A stretch of 64,000 bases of DNA. Source: Eledone cirrhosa (taxonomy: Eukaryota). The notes beneath the pieces were generated by a model. It had not been told where the DNA came from. It made no database searches and saw only the letters and a list, made by a program, of their open reading frames with translations. Positions 24,324-36,649 of this stretch are shown piece after piece. Location of the stretch: contig OZ024740.1 of the NCBI GenBank assembly GCA_964016885.1, positions 177,072,001 through 177,136,000 on the forward strand, given 5' to 3'. The translations under genes and the position numbers were made by a program. The first letter of the stretch is position 1, and each line of letters opens with the position of its first letter.

Positions 24324-26768
24324 GTTTGGACAGCTTGAAGGGAAAGAAAGAGGCAGCGACTTGATCCCTGAGGCGGAACAAACTAAAACATTCTGGAGAG
24401 GAATATGGGAGCAGGATGTTAAACATAATGACCAGGCAGTGTGGATTGAGACAGTACAGAAGGAGATTAGTGAACAGGCACACCAACAAACTGATTTGAG
24501 TATCACAGTTGAAACTCTTAAGGGGCAGGCCAAAACACTAACCAACTGGAAATCACCAGGCCCAGATGGTGTGCAGGGGTATTAGATTAAAAAATATAAC
24601 ATCCCTCCACCCGAAACTGACAACCATGTTCAATGACTGCTTGATGTCAGGTGAGGTACCAGAGTGGTTGACAAAAGGTACCACAGTTCTGATAATGAAA
24701 GACCGAATCAAGGGTAATGATGTTACCAACTATAGACCTATCACATGTCTGTCCGTAATGTGGAAACTGTTGACAAGCATTATGTCTGAGGAAATCTACC
24801 ATCACCTCCACACAAACAACTTGTTACCGGACGAACAGAAAGGATGCCGAAAGAAGTCACGTGGTACAAAGGACCAGTTACTTATTGATAAGATGGTAAT
24901 GAGGAATTGCAAGAGGAGACACACTGGTCTTGCCATGGGATGGATAGACTACAAAAAGGCATTTGACATGGTGCCTCATTCTTGGATCACCAAAAGCCTG
25001 GAGAACTTCAAGGTGGCAGATAACATCAGACAGTTGTTGGGCAAAAGTATGAAGTCCTGGGAAACAGAGTTAACATCAACTGGAGAATCCTTGGGAAGCG
25101 TGAAGAGCAAGAGAGGTATCTTCCAGGGAGATAGTCTGTCCCCTCTGTTGTTTTCCTTGCCCTGATGCCCCTGACCAGTGTACTGCGTAAAGTGAGAGCA
25201 GGATGCAGGTTGGGAAAGGGAGGGCTTACCATCAATCACCTCCTCTTCATGGACGATCTTAAGCTCTTCGGGAAGAGTGAGAAGGAGTTGGATGTGCTTG
25301 TTGACACTGTCCGTATTTTCAGCAATGATATATGTATGCAATTTGGTATTAGTAAGTGTGGAGTCATTGTGATGAAGAGGGGTAAGTTGAGCAGAAGTAA
25401 CGGAATCCCGGTACCAACAGGTGAGATGATAAAGGAAATTGACTCTGAAGAAGGATACAAGTATTTGGGTGTTCTGGAGGCCGATGACATCAAGAACAAA
25501 AAAATGAAGGAATTGATAAGAACTGAATACATTCGGAGAGTAAGGAGCGTATTAAAGTCACATCTGAACAGCAGAAATGCCATAAGTACAGTAAATTCCC
25601 GAGCTGTGTCTATTATTAGGTACAGTGCGGGAATTCTGAGATGGAATGTTGCTGAACAAAAAGAAATGGATAGGAAAACTAGGAAGCTATTGACTATCTA
25701 CAACAAGTTCCACAAGAGGAGTGATGTCGATAGACTCTACTTAAGGCGATTTGAAGGTGGAAGAGGTCTTATCAGCATAGAGGACTGTGTTCAGATCGAG
25801 AAAATCAACCTACACATATACGTGACTGATAGTAAGGAGCCAATGCTCAGAACTGTACTGAAGGCAGGTGACAATAGGCCAGGGGATGTCCAAGGAGGAA
25901 ATAACATCAAGGAGAAAGAGCAGCCTTCAGGAAAAATTCCTTCATAGTACCTTCTTTGAGAAAACTGAATTTAGAGATCCACAGACATGAAACTGGTTGA
26001 AAAGAGGAGACCTTAAAAAGGCTACAGAAGGAATGTTAATGGCTGCGCAGGAGCCGGCCCTCAAAACGAAGTGGTAGAAACACCATATTTACAAGGAGGA
26101 GGTTAGCCCACTGTGCAGGATCTGTGCAGAGAGAGAGAGGAGACTGTGGCTCACATTGTATCTGAGTGTAAACACCTAGCCCAGACTCACTTTAAGGGCT
26201 GGAGACATGATGTGATGGGCAGGGTGATCCACTGGCACCTATGCAAAGTAAACAATCTACCACATTCTGAGAAGTGGTATGAGCATAAGCCAGAGTCGGT
26301 GATAGAAAACGATCAGGTGAAGGTGCTGTGGGATTTTAGGATACAGACGGACAAGAAACTGGAATACAATAGACCTGACCTGGTGGTTGTGGACAAAGAA
26401 AAAAGATCGGGCCTGATTGTGGATGTGGCCTGCCCATTCGACACGAGAGTGCAAGAGAAGGAGAGGGAGAAAATTAACCGACACCAGGACTTAAAGTGGG
26501 AGGTAAAAAGGATTTGGAACTGCCATGAAGTCAAAGTGATCCCAATTGTCATAGGCGCACTAGGGACTATCTCAAAAAGTTTCCAGGGATGGTTAAAGAA
26601 AATTGGCCCCTTCACGCTTTTTGGAACGCTTCAAAAGGCATGCTTGCTGGGAACAGCAAGAACCCTCCGATACGTCCTGAAGAATATCTGAGGCTGCAGG
26701 TAGTGGCTTGATATTCATTTTAACAAACTTTCCAGTTAACTAACATCAATGACTGAGACTCAAAGAAC
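24324..26768 (+). mobile_element. Dong/R4-type non-LTR retrotransposon (RT plus restriction-like endonuclease), 5'-truncated, with stops and frameshifts
   Basis: NWKSPGPDGVQ; NYRPITCL..WKLLT; DYKKAFDMVPHSW; GIFQGDSLSPLLF; HLLFMDDLKL; CCHC remnant ETVAHIVSEC; RHD; RPDLVVVDK..IVDVACPFD..EKEREK (PD-(D/E)xK). Flanked by (AAT)n on both sides. Confidence 0.85.
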
Positions 26769-26807
<39 letters not shown>

Positions 26808-26809
<2 letters not shown>

Positions 26810-29800
26810 TTTCTTTATTAACCACAAGGGTTTACATAAAGTAGACATTAAGGACAGTGCAGGACAATGCAGGACGGTACAAATGGGCATTTCTGCGTGT
26901 AAAAAACAAAAACAGAGGATGTAACAAAAAATAACAATGAAAAATTCCCCAATAGGGGGCAGACTTCGGAGGGACATTTGTGGAGAAAGCCCAGTAAAAA
27001 GCCACAATGACCCTGACCACCAAGGCAAGTGCCCTCTCCCAGTTTTCCACCTTTAATTTACAGATATATACTCAGAGTAGGCCCATTCACTCGGGCCATT
27101 CTTGCTTCTCTCACCCATCTTTCAACAAAATGCTGGGAAGAGAGCACTTCCCTCTCTACTCTGATTTTCCTTTTCAAATGAAATTTGAAAAAGTCAATCA
27201 GAGCATCACCGAAGAGGTAAGTGCTCGTCTTCAGCCCTTTCAAACGTGTCCACCATACTATCTCTTTCACCATGGCCACCAGGCAGATACAAACTGCCTG
27301 CCCTTCCCGGCTAAAGGAGGAGGGCGGGGCAATCCTCACGATGGACTCAGATGATAGCCGGATCCGTCCTAAACGCGACAGCAGGTGTTCGACATAAACC
27401 CACAAGTCAGCAATTTTCAGACACTGGACGAGTGCGTGCAGGACGGTTTCGTCGCCCTGCGCGCATCTCGGACATGCCCGGCTGACGGCACCTCCATGCC
27501 TGTAGAGTTTATCCCGAACTGGCAAGGCTCCTCGGTAGCACTGCCAGGCCAGAGATTTCTGGAAGTTGTCCATAGGCCCTGGCCCGAAAGTTCTTCCGAA
27601 GAGATTGGCTAGTTGATTTTCGTCGACGCCTAGAGTTTCCCCAAGTACGTCGTCGCTCTTCCCCTCCACTAATCCTCTATAGAACGCCGAGGTGGAGTTT
27701 CCACCGATCACATTGCCCGATTGGTCGAGGGCTGTGAGCGCCTGAAAACATTCCAGTCTCCAGGCGCTCCCTCTCGGTCTTCGCTTGACCCAGGACTGCA
27801 GCTCCGTCAAGGAAACGAGCTGGGGAAAAACGCGTCTAGCAAACGGCGACCACACCTGATCACCGTCGAGGAAGAGGTGGAGATGTCGTAGCCTGAGCGC
27901 GTGCCTGCGCATCATCAGCCACGGCATGCCCAGCCCTCCACGTAGCGGGTGTTGACAACAGATGGACCGCCTGACCATCGGAGCACGTCCCTTCCACAAA
28001 AAGCGAAAGAGCAAACGCTCCAGCGCAGTCAGGCGAGGCTTAGGACAAGGTACGACGGTTAGGCGGTAGCAGATGACAGACGCGATGTACGCGTTAGCCA
28101 CCTCCGCTCGACCTTTCAGGGATAGCTTCCTCTCCGCCCATTTCTGGGTGAGAGAAGCCACCCTGCTCGTCACCTCGTCCCAGTTTTTGTCCGTCTGGAG
28201 GTCCGGACCGAATCAGACCGCTAGCAATTTAACCGGTCCGTCCGTCCAGCGTCCGACGACGCTGTTGGACGGCATGGACCTGCCTCTCCAGGTGCCGAGC
28301 TGCAGGCCCACTGACTTTTCCTGGTTGATCATTGCTCCTGTCACCGCTTCGTATTCTCTTAGTGTAGTGCCGATCGCCTCGATGTGTTTGGCGTTCGACA
28401 CCACTACGGTGACATCGTCCGCATATGCTGACACGGATCTTCCGCATCCTAGTTCGCGCGGGACGCCCCTCAACGTCTCCAGTTTGTGCAGTAATGGCTC
28501 GAGAGTCAATACGTACAAAAGGGACGAGAGAGGACATCCTTGGCGGACCGAGCGCATGATGTTGAACGGTTCCGAAAGGTGACCGTTCACTCTCACCACA
28601 GAGCAGATGTCGCTGTGCATGGCAGCGATCCAGCCTCTGAAGACGGGCCCAAAGCCAGCCGCCCTCAGGACTGCCGCTAGGTAACGATGGTCGACCCTAT
28701 CGAAAGCTTTCGACTATTCTAAATTGATCAAGGAACCACCCATGCCGGGTTCCCTAGCTACCCTCTCTACGATGTATCGCATGAGGTCTAGGTTGTCGTG
28801 GATGGATCTGTCGGGAATGGCGCATGTCTGCGCCTCTCCCACCAGATCACCAACGACAAGCGCCAACCTCTTTGCTAGCATCTTGGCCAAAATCTTGAAC
28901 ACTGTGTTTAGCAGAGTTATGGGCCTGAAATGATCTATGTTATCCCCCTTGTTCGAATCCTTTCTCAGCAGTGCCACCGCTCCTCGGCTCACAGAGCTGG
29001 GAATTCTCCCGTTCTGTTGCCAGTTGCAGTAGACGTCCTCCAAGAGGCCTCCGAACAAGTCTGGCATCTGTACGTAAAGTTCATAGGGCAGACCATCCAA
29101 ACCAGGCGATTTACCCCTTGTGCAGACAGTCATTTCCTCCCGTACTTCAGCGGCTGTTATCGGCTTTTCGCAACACTCTGTCTCAGTGGCTGAGAGCCGC
29201 GGCAGTCCGTCGAGGTAGACACTAAAGTCCATCCCTCGATCCGGCCCGCCACTGCCCCCGAACAGTTGAGCGAAGTGTCGCTGAAAAGCTTCACACATTT
29301 GCCCGGGATCGAGTAGCATGCGCCCGTCGTGGTCCACCAAGGACCGGATCGTGGCTTTGTTGCCACGACGCGCCTCCGCCACTCGGGCCCATTGAACGGC
29401 TTTCGTCCCCTCGTGTCTGAGAGCACGCACTCTAGCTCTGAAAACGCAGCCTTCGTGCTTTGCATTGAAGAATTGGTCAAGGGCCAATTTCGCCGCAGGT
29501 ACGTCGGTCGCGATGCCTTTGCAAAGCGCCTCGTCTAATTTTCTAACTAATTCTCCCTCTGCTCTATTTTTCTCTATTGCTAAAGCCTTACTAAACCTAA
29601 TGGACTCTATTCTAATTGCTCTTTTCAGAGCAAACCACCACTTGTTGTTGACGATGGCCCCCATCAACGCCCGCTTAACTAGTTCGCTAATCCGGTCTCT
29701 GTAGGCCTTGCGCGCTGGTAAGGACGCGTTTAGCATCCAGTAGCCGGGTCCTCGTCTATGAAGCCTATCTAAGTCAAGCACACAGATCACGAATTTGTGG

Positions 29801-32800
29801 TCCGTGTAGCTGACTGTCTTGAATTGTGGACAGCCTATGCTAGCCCTATCTATTTCCCTACAAAATACTCTATCTAGATGTGATCTGGATGACCCTATGC
29901 GATTTGTCCAAGTCCACATTGGCACATTCGGGAAATCCAATCGGTAGCTGTCAGACAGTTCAAAACGCCTGAGCAGGTCGGTGAGGCTCTTGCACCCTCC
30001 ACCCCTATCCGCTAATCCCACACAGTCCCAGCGTGCATCTAAGATCCCGTTCCAGTCGCCCACTAACACTAAAGAGCGGGACGTTCCAAGAAAGGTCTCC
30101 AGACGCCGGAAGAAATCAGGCCGCCCTGCTCCTGTCGGGGCATAGACGGCCACTAGCCTGAAAGCTTGTCCGTCTCCGCTGGTCACGTCCAGCACCACCA
30201 ACTTACCCTCTAGGTCCAGGAAGATGGCCCGTATAGCGAGATCTAAACCTCTCCGAAAAAGTACAGCAACTCTTCCCCCCGATCCAGGACGGCTGGGAGA
30301 TGCGTACACATCGTAGACGCCGAAGATCGCTGCGAAGGCCCGTGCTTCGGAGATTCTGGTCTCGCTGATGGCCACTACATCTATGTTTAGTGACCTGATG
30401 TCGTTGAGCAGGTGACTCTGCTTCCATGACGACCCCAAGCCACGCGCATTTATGCTGCCTATTCTGAGTGAGGTCATGTTTAAAATGGAGTGGAAAAGAT
30501 GGGAAAGACCACTTACCGTACTTTTCGTAGAGGAAGGATGGTTTCTCCATCCCTTTTCACTTGATTGTCTCGTGAAGGGACCGTTGAATCGTCCCTTCGG
30601 CTGGTCGTCGGCTCTTCTATTAGTATGTCCGAATATACTCTCCGGTTGAGAGTCCCTCCTAGGTCTCTGAAATCACCAACTGCGTTGGGGAATTTCGTTT
30701 TAATGTTTGTGTATTGTTTCTGTGCTATTTTTACCAGTCTTATGTTCGTTGGCGTTTTGATTGGTGCTGGTATTATGTAATCGTGCTGTGAAATGTCTGT
30801 GTGTTCAATTATGTAAGTCATTAGTTACTTGTTGTGTGTATTTATTGCCGTGCATTTGTTTTTCTGGGGGTGGGGTGTGGTTCTGCTATTTTCTTGTCGT
30901 TGTTGCTGGGTGTGTGTGTTTGGTTGTTGTGTTTGCGATGTTGGTGCTTGTGGTGGTGGTGTTGAAGTTGTTGTTGTTGTTGGCGGTGGGGTTGTCGCCG
31001 GTGGTGATGGTGGTGCTAGTGTGGGTGGTGATGATGTTGGTGGTGTTGCTGCTGTGAGTCTCTTTGCAGTAGCCTTTACCCTTTTTTCATTTCTTTCCTC
31101 CCTTTTCGAAGGCGACGATGCGCTGCCTCTGCGTTTGTACCTTCTTACGACCTTTTGCCATCCCTCTCCCACCTCACACTCCATGTATGATTCTGTGAGG
31201 TCGGGGAGGGTTACCAGCTCCACTCTTTCACTTGTTGTTGTTGGTGATGTTTGCAGTGGAGTCTCTGTTGCAGCTGCATTTGGTATTACTGTTGTTGTTG
31301 TTAATACTTCCACTGCTGCTGCTGGTCTTGATTTCTGTGGCGTGGGTATGGGTGCCACGAACCTATCCTTCCTGGTTGCCGCTTGTCCTGTTGCTGGTAG
31401 CCGTGGAGCCGGTTTCGGAGGGAAGGGGGTTTTCTCCTTTCTCAGGGTCTTCTCGTTGCAAAAGGCCCTGAGGTGAGTCTTCGATCCACAGCGAAAGCAT
31501 TTCGGGCGTTTCCCTTCAACACTTATGGGCAGTTGAGTGCCGTTATCGAAGTCTATCACATCCGGGATAGCTTCGATGCACTCCTGGTTGGTTTGTATTA
31601 ACATCTCAATGGAGGTGCCGACCCAATCTTCTATTACTTTTTTCTGTACTTGCAGTAGAGTTCTTTTGTCCTCGATTCCGACGAGGACAGACGCGGCCAG
31701 CCAAGAAGGGGCCATCCCGGGGGGGGGACGTGGGTCAGTTTGACCCTCACAATTTTTTGCCCGCAGTAGGAGGGCACCAGCACCATTTCCTCGCTCCTTA
31801 GGGTCACTAAGGATTGAGCCTTTGCCTCCTGGAGTGTGGCAAAAAGCACGTCTACGGTGGCATATTTCTTGCCTCGGGTGATATGCGTTTTCCGCTGCCA
31901 CACAGATTCTAAGGCTTTTTGTATTTGAGTCTCTGTGGCTCTTTCAACCCTACGGGATTTTGTGCTTACTGTACGGTACGTGACCGTACAATGCTGTTGG
32001 GTTTCGAAAAAATTTTCGGCTGCCTTGCAGGTTGCTCGGTGTCCGGTTTTCGTCACCATCTTCTTCGGTTCCTGTAATTCCTCATTTGTTATGAGGATGG
32101 TTTCCAGATTCTTTGCGATACCTCCAAACGAGATTGGTTTTTCTTTGCTGTTGTTGTTGTTGTTGTTGTTGTTGTCGTCAGAGCTGCTGTTACTTTTGTT
32201 GTTGCTGCAGGTACTACGACTACTACCGCCGCCGCTGTTGCTGTGGTTGTTGTTGCTGCTGCTGCTGTTGTTGTTGCTGTTGCTGCTAATGCTGTTGTTG
32301 TTTATGCTGCTGATGCTGTTGCGGCTGCTACTGTTGTTTTCCTTGTCACTGTTGCTGCTGCTGCTGTTATTACGGCTGCTACTGCTATTATTCATGACGT
32401 CAGACGAATGAAATGGGTTTTCGTATTTCCCGCACACCTTTTTCGTCGTTGTCGTCGTCGTGGAGAAATGTTGCACTCTTTGCACGTGATTTTTCTTTAC
32501 TGGCGTCGCTTGCGAAAGAGAAGGGAGGGAGAGAGACACATTTAGAGAAGGGAGGGAGAGAGACACATTTAGAGAAGGGAGGGAGAGAGACAATCTTCTC
32601 TCTGGTGTAGTGACGATTGAGGAAGAAGAAGACGGAATGAGTGGGAGTGACCTATGAAAATTCTTTTTCGTAGCCATGTTTTTTTTTTGTTTATAATAAA
32701 TATTGTGCACAAAACCCCAATAAGCGGTTATTTAACCCCGAAGGGCCAAATAACGAGCAGAAAGACCCCTCTCACGAGGAGGAGGGTGTTTTTGTCTACA

Positions 32801-32892
32801 ATTTGGTTAAAGTTTGAAACAATTTACAATTGTTATAGCGGTCAAAATTTACAATACCTTACAGAGCCGAGCCTCCGTCAACCATAGCATTC
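26808..32892 (-). mobile_element. Full-length Tx1/L1-clade LINE, copy A (inactivated)
   Basis: ORF1 is split (31634-32710 and 30825-31901) by +2 G in a homopolymer at ~31719-31727. ORF2 is split by nonsense changes near 28714 (TAG) and 28213 (TGA). Bounded by (AAT)13 and (AAT)17. Confidence 0.92.
27058..30477 (-). pseudogene. ORF2 of copy A: APE endonuclease, RT and C-terminal CCHC
   Basis: Collinear with the 1114-aa ORF of copy B. It retains the intact C-terminus ...RVEREVLSSQHFVERWVREARMARVNGPTLSIYL. Confidence 0.9.
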
Positions 32893-32945
<53 letters not shown>

Positions 32946-33269
32946 TTTCTTTATTAACCACAAGGGTTTACATAAAGTAGACATTAAGGACAGTGCAGGA
33001 CAATGCAGGACGGTACAAATGGGCATTTCTGCGTGTAAAAAAACAAAAACAGAGGATGTAACAAAAATAACAATGAAAATAACAATGAAAAATTCCCCAA
33101 TAGGGGGGAGACTTCGGAGGGACATTTGTGGAGAAAGCCCAGTAAAAAGCCACAATGACCCTGACCACCAAGGCACGTGCCCTCTCCCAGTTTTCCACCT
33201 TTAGTTTACAGATATATACTCAGAGTCGGCCCATTCACTCGGGCCATTCTTGCTTCTCTCACCCATCTT

Positions 33270-36200
33270 TCAACAAAATGCTGGGAAGAGAGCACTTCTG
33301 ATTTTCCTTTTCAAATGAAATTTGAAAAAGTCAATCAAAGCATCACCGAAGAGGTAAGTGCTGGTCTTCAGCCCTTTCAAACGTGTCCACCATACTATCT
33401 CTTTCGCCATGGCCACCAGACAGATAAAAACTGCCTGCCCTTCCCGGCTAAAGGAGGAGGGCGGGGCAATCCTCACGATAGACTCAGATGATAGCTGGAT
33501 CCGTCCTAAACGCGACAGCAGGTGTTCGACATAAACCCACAAGTCAGCAATTTTCGGACACTGGACGAGTGCGTGCAGGACGGTTTCGTCGCCCTGCGCG
33601 CATCTCGGACATGCCCGGCTGACGGCACCTCCATGCCTGTAGAGTTTATCCCGAACTGGCAAGGCTCCTCGGTAGCACTGCCAGGCCAGAGATTTCTGGA
33701 AGTTGTCCATAGGCCCCGGCCCGAAAGTTCTTCCGAAGAGATTGGCTAGTTGATTTTCGTCGACGCCTAGAGTTTCCCCAAGTACGTCGTCGCTCTTCCC
33801 CTCCACTAATCCTCTATAGAACGCCGAGGTGGAGTTTCCACCGATCACATTGCCCGATTGGTCGAGGGCTGTGAGCGCCTGAAGACATTCCAGATTCCAG
33901 GCGCTCCCTCTCGGTCTTCGCTTGACCCAGGACTGCAGCTCCGTCAAGGAAACGAGCTGGGGAAAAACGCGTTTAGCAAACGGCGACCACACCTGATCAC
34001 CGTCGAGGAAGAGGTGGAGATGTCGTAGCCTGAGCGCGTGCCTGCGCATCATCAGCCACGGCATGCCCAGCCCTCCACGTAGCGGGTGTTGACAACAGAT
34101 GGACCGCCTGACCATCGGAGCACGTCCCTTCCACAAAAAGCGAAAGAGCAAACGCTCCAGCGCAGTCAGGCGAGGCTTAGGACAAGGTACGACGGTTAGG
34201 CGGTAGCAGATGACAGACGCGATGTACGCGTTAGCCACCTCCGCTCGACCTTTCAGGGATAGCTTCCTCTCCGCCCATTTCTGGGTGAGAGAAGCCACCC
34301 TGCTCGTCACCTCGTCCCAGTTTTTGTCCGTCTGGAGGTCCGGACCGAACCAGACCCCTAGCAATTTAACCGGTCCGTCCGTCCAGCGCCCGACGACGCT
34401 GTTGGACGGCATGGACCTGCCTCTCCAGGTGCCGAGCTGCAGGCCCACTGACTTTTCCTGGTTGATCATTGCTCCTGTCACCGCTTCGTATTCTCTTAGT
34501 GTAGTGCCGATCGCCTCGATGTGTTTGGCGTTCGACACCACTACGGTGACATCGTCCGCATATGCTGACACGGATCTTCCGCATTCTAGTTCGCGCGGGA
34601 CTCCCCTCAACGTCTCCAGTTTGTGCAGTAATGGCTCGAGAGTCAATACGTACAAGAGGGACGAGAGGGGACATCCTTGGCGGACCGAGCGCATGATGTT
34701 GAACGGTTCCGACAGGTGACCGTTCACTCTCACCACAGAGCAGATGTCGCTGTGCATGGCAGCGATCCAGCCTCTGAAGACGGGCCCAAAGCCAGCCGCC
34801 CTCAGGACTGCCGCTAGGTAACGATGGTCGACCCTATCGAAAGCTTTCGACTGATCTAAATTGATCAAGGACCCACCCGTGCCAGGTTCCCTAGCTACCC
34901 TCTCTACGATGTATCGCATGAGGTGGAGGTTGTCGTGGATGGATCTGTCGGGAATCGCGCATGTCTGCGCCTCTCCCACCAGACCACCAACGACAAGCGC
35001 CAACCTCTTTGCTAGCACCTTGGCCAAAATCTTAAACTCTGTGTTTAGCAGAGTTATGGGCCGGAAATTGTCTATGTTATCCCCCTTGTTCGGATCCTTT
35101 CTCAGCAGTGCCACCGCTCCTCGGCTCACAGAACTGGGAATTCTCCCGTTCTGTTGCCAGTTGCAGTAGACGTCCGCCAAGAGGCCTCCGAACAAGTCTG
35201 GCATCTGTACGTAAAGTTCATAGGGCAGACCATCCAAACCAGGCGATTTACCCCTTGTGCAGCCAGTCATTGCCTCCCTTACTTCAGCGGCTGTTATCGG
35301 CTTTTCGCAACACTTCGCCTCAGTGGCCGAGAGCCGCGGCAGTCCGTCGAGGTAGACACTAAAGTCCATCCCTCTACCCGGCCCCCCGCTGCCCCCGAAC
35401 AGCTGAGCGAAGTGTCGCTGAAAAGCTTCACACATTTGCCCGGGATCGAGTAGCATGCGCCCGTCGTGGTCCACCAAAGACCGGATCGTGGCTTTGTTGC
35501 CACGACGCGCCTCCGCCACTCGGGCCCATTGAACGGCTTTCGTCCCCTCGTGTCTGAGAGCACGCACCCTAGCTCTGACAACGCAGCCTTCGTGCTTTGC
35601 ATTGAAGAATTGGTCAAGGGCCAATTTCGCCGCAAGCACGTCGGTCGCAATGCCTTTGCTAAGCGCCTCGTCTAATTTTTTAACTAGTTCTCCCTCTGCT
35701 CTATTTTTCTCTATTGCTAAAGCCTTACTAAACCTAATCGATTCTATTCTAATCGCTCTTTTCAGAGCAAACCACCACTTGTTGTTGACGATGGCCCCCG
35801 TCAACGCCCGCTTAACTAGTTCGCTAATCCGGTCTCTGTAGGCCTTGCGCGCTGGTAAGGACGCGTTTAGCTTCCAGTAGCCGGGTCCTCGTCTATGAAG
35901 CCTATCTAAGTCAAGCACACAGGTCACGAATTTGTGGTCCGTGTAGCTGACTATCTTGAATTGTGGACAGCCTATGCTAGACCTATCTATTTCCCTACAA
36001 AATACTCTATCTAGATATGATCTGGATGACCCTATGCGGTTTGTCCAAGTCCACATTGGCACATTCGGGAAATCCAATCGGTACCTGTCAGACAGTTCAA
36101 AACGCCTGAGCAGGTTGGTGAGGCTCTTGCACCCTCCACCCCTATCCGCTAATCCCACACAGTCCCAGCGTGCATCTAAGATCCCGTTCCAGTCGCCCAC

Positions 36201-36614
36201 TAACACTAAAGAGCGGGACGTTCCAAGAAAGGTCTCCAGACGCCGGAAGAAATCAGGCCGCCCTGCTCCTGTCGGGGCATAGACGGCCACTAGCCTGAAA
36301 GCTTGCCCGTCTCCGCTGGTCACGTCCAGCACCACCAGCTTACCCTCTGGGTCCAGGAAGATGGCCCGTATGGCGAGATCCAAACCTCTCCGAAAAAGCA
36401 CAGCAACTCCTCCACCCGATCCAGGACGGCTGGGAGATGCGTACACATCGTAGCCGCCGAAGATCGGTGCGAAGGCCCGTGCTTCGGAGATTCTGGTCTC
36501 GCTGATGGCCACTACATCTATGTTTAGTGACCTGAGGTCGTTGAGCAGGTGACCCTGCTTCCATGACGACCCCAAGCCACGCGCATTTATGCTGCCTATT
36601 CTGAGTGAGGTCAT
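33270..36614 (-). CDS. ORF2p: APE endonuclease, reverse transcriptase and Cys-rich C-terminal domain (1114 aa)
   Basis: SINARGL..VAISET..VYAP..VGDWN..SYLDR..TDHK (APE). SPGLDG, RPITLLN, DQSKAFDRVDH, VRQGCPLS, AYADD (RT). CPRC..ETVLHALVQC. An 11-nt deletion near 33298 frameshifts the extreme C-terminus. Confidence 0.95.
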   Translation of the reverse strand: MTSLRIGSINARGLGSSWKQGHLLNDLRSLNIDVVAISETRISEARAFAPIFGGYDVYASPSRPGSGGGVAVLFRRGLDLAIRAIFLDPEGKLVVLDVTSGDGQAFRLVAVYAPTGAGRPDFFRRLETFLGTSRSLVLVGDWNGILDARWDCVGLADRGGGCKSLTNLLRRFELSDRYRLDFPNVPMWTWTNRIGSSRSYLDRVFCREIDRSSIGCPQFKIVSYTDHKFVTCVLDLDRLHRRGPGYWKLNASLPARKAYRDRISELVKRALTGAIVNNKWWFALKRAIRIESIRFSKALAIEKNRAEGELVKKLDEALSKGIATDVLAAKLALDQFFNAKHEGCVVRARVRALRHEGTKAVQWARVAEARRGNKATIRSLVDHDGRMLLDPGQMCEAFQRHFAQLFGGSGGPGRGMDFSVYLDGLPRLSATEAKCCEKPITAAEVREAMTGCTRGKSPGLDGLPYELYVQMPDLFGGLLADVYCNWQQNGRIPSSVSRGAVALLRKDPNKGDNIDNFRPITLLNTEFKILAKVLAKRLALVVGGLVGEAQTCAIPDRSIHDNLHLMRYIVERVAREPGTGGSLINLDQSKAFDRVDHRYLAAVLRAAGFGPVFRGWIAAMHSDICSVVRVNGHLSEPFNIMRSVRQGCPLSSLLYVLTLEPLLHKLETLRGVPRELECGRSVSAYADDVTVVVSNAKHIEAIGTTLREYEAVTGAMINQEKSVGLQLGTWRGRSMPSNSVVGRWTDGPVKLLGVWFGPDLQTDKNWDEVTSRVASLTQKWAERKLSLKGRAEVANAYIASVICYRLTVVPCPKPRLTALERLLFRFLWKGRAPMVRRSICCQHPLRGGLGMPWLMMRRHALRLRHLHLFLDGDQVWSPFAKRVFPQLVSLTELQSWVKRRPRGSAWNLECLQALTALDQSGNVIGGNSTSAFYRGLVEGKSDDVLGETLGVDENQLANLFGRTFGPGPMDNFQKSLAWQCYRGALPVRDKLYRHGGAVSRACPRCAQGDETVLHALVQCPKIADLWVYVEHLLSRLGRIQLSSESIVRIAPPSSFSREGQAVFICLVAMAKEIVWWTRLKGLKTSTYLFGDALIDFFKFHLKRKIRSALFPAFC

Positions 36615-36649
36615 GTTTAAAATAGAGTGGAAAAGATGGGAAAGACCAC

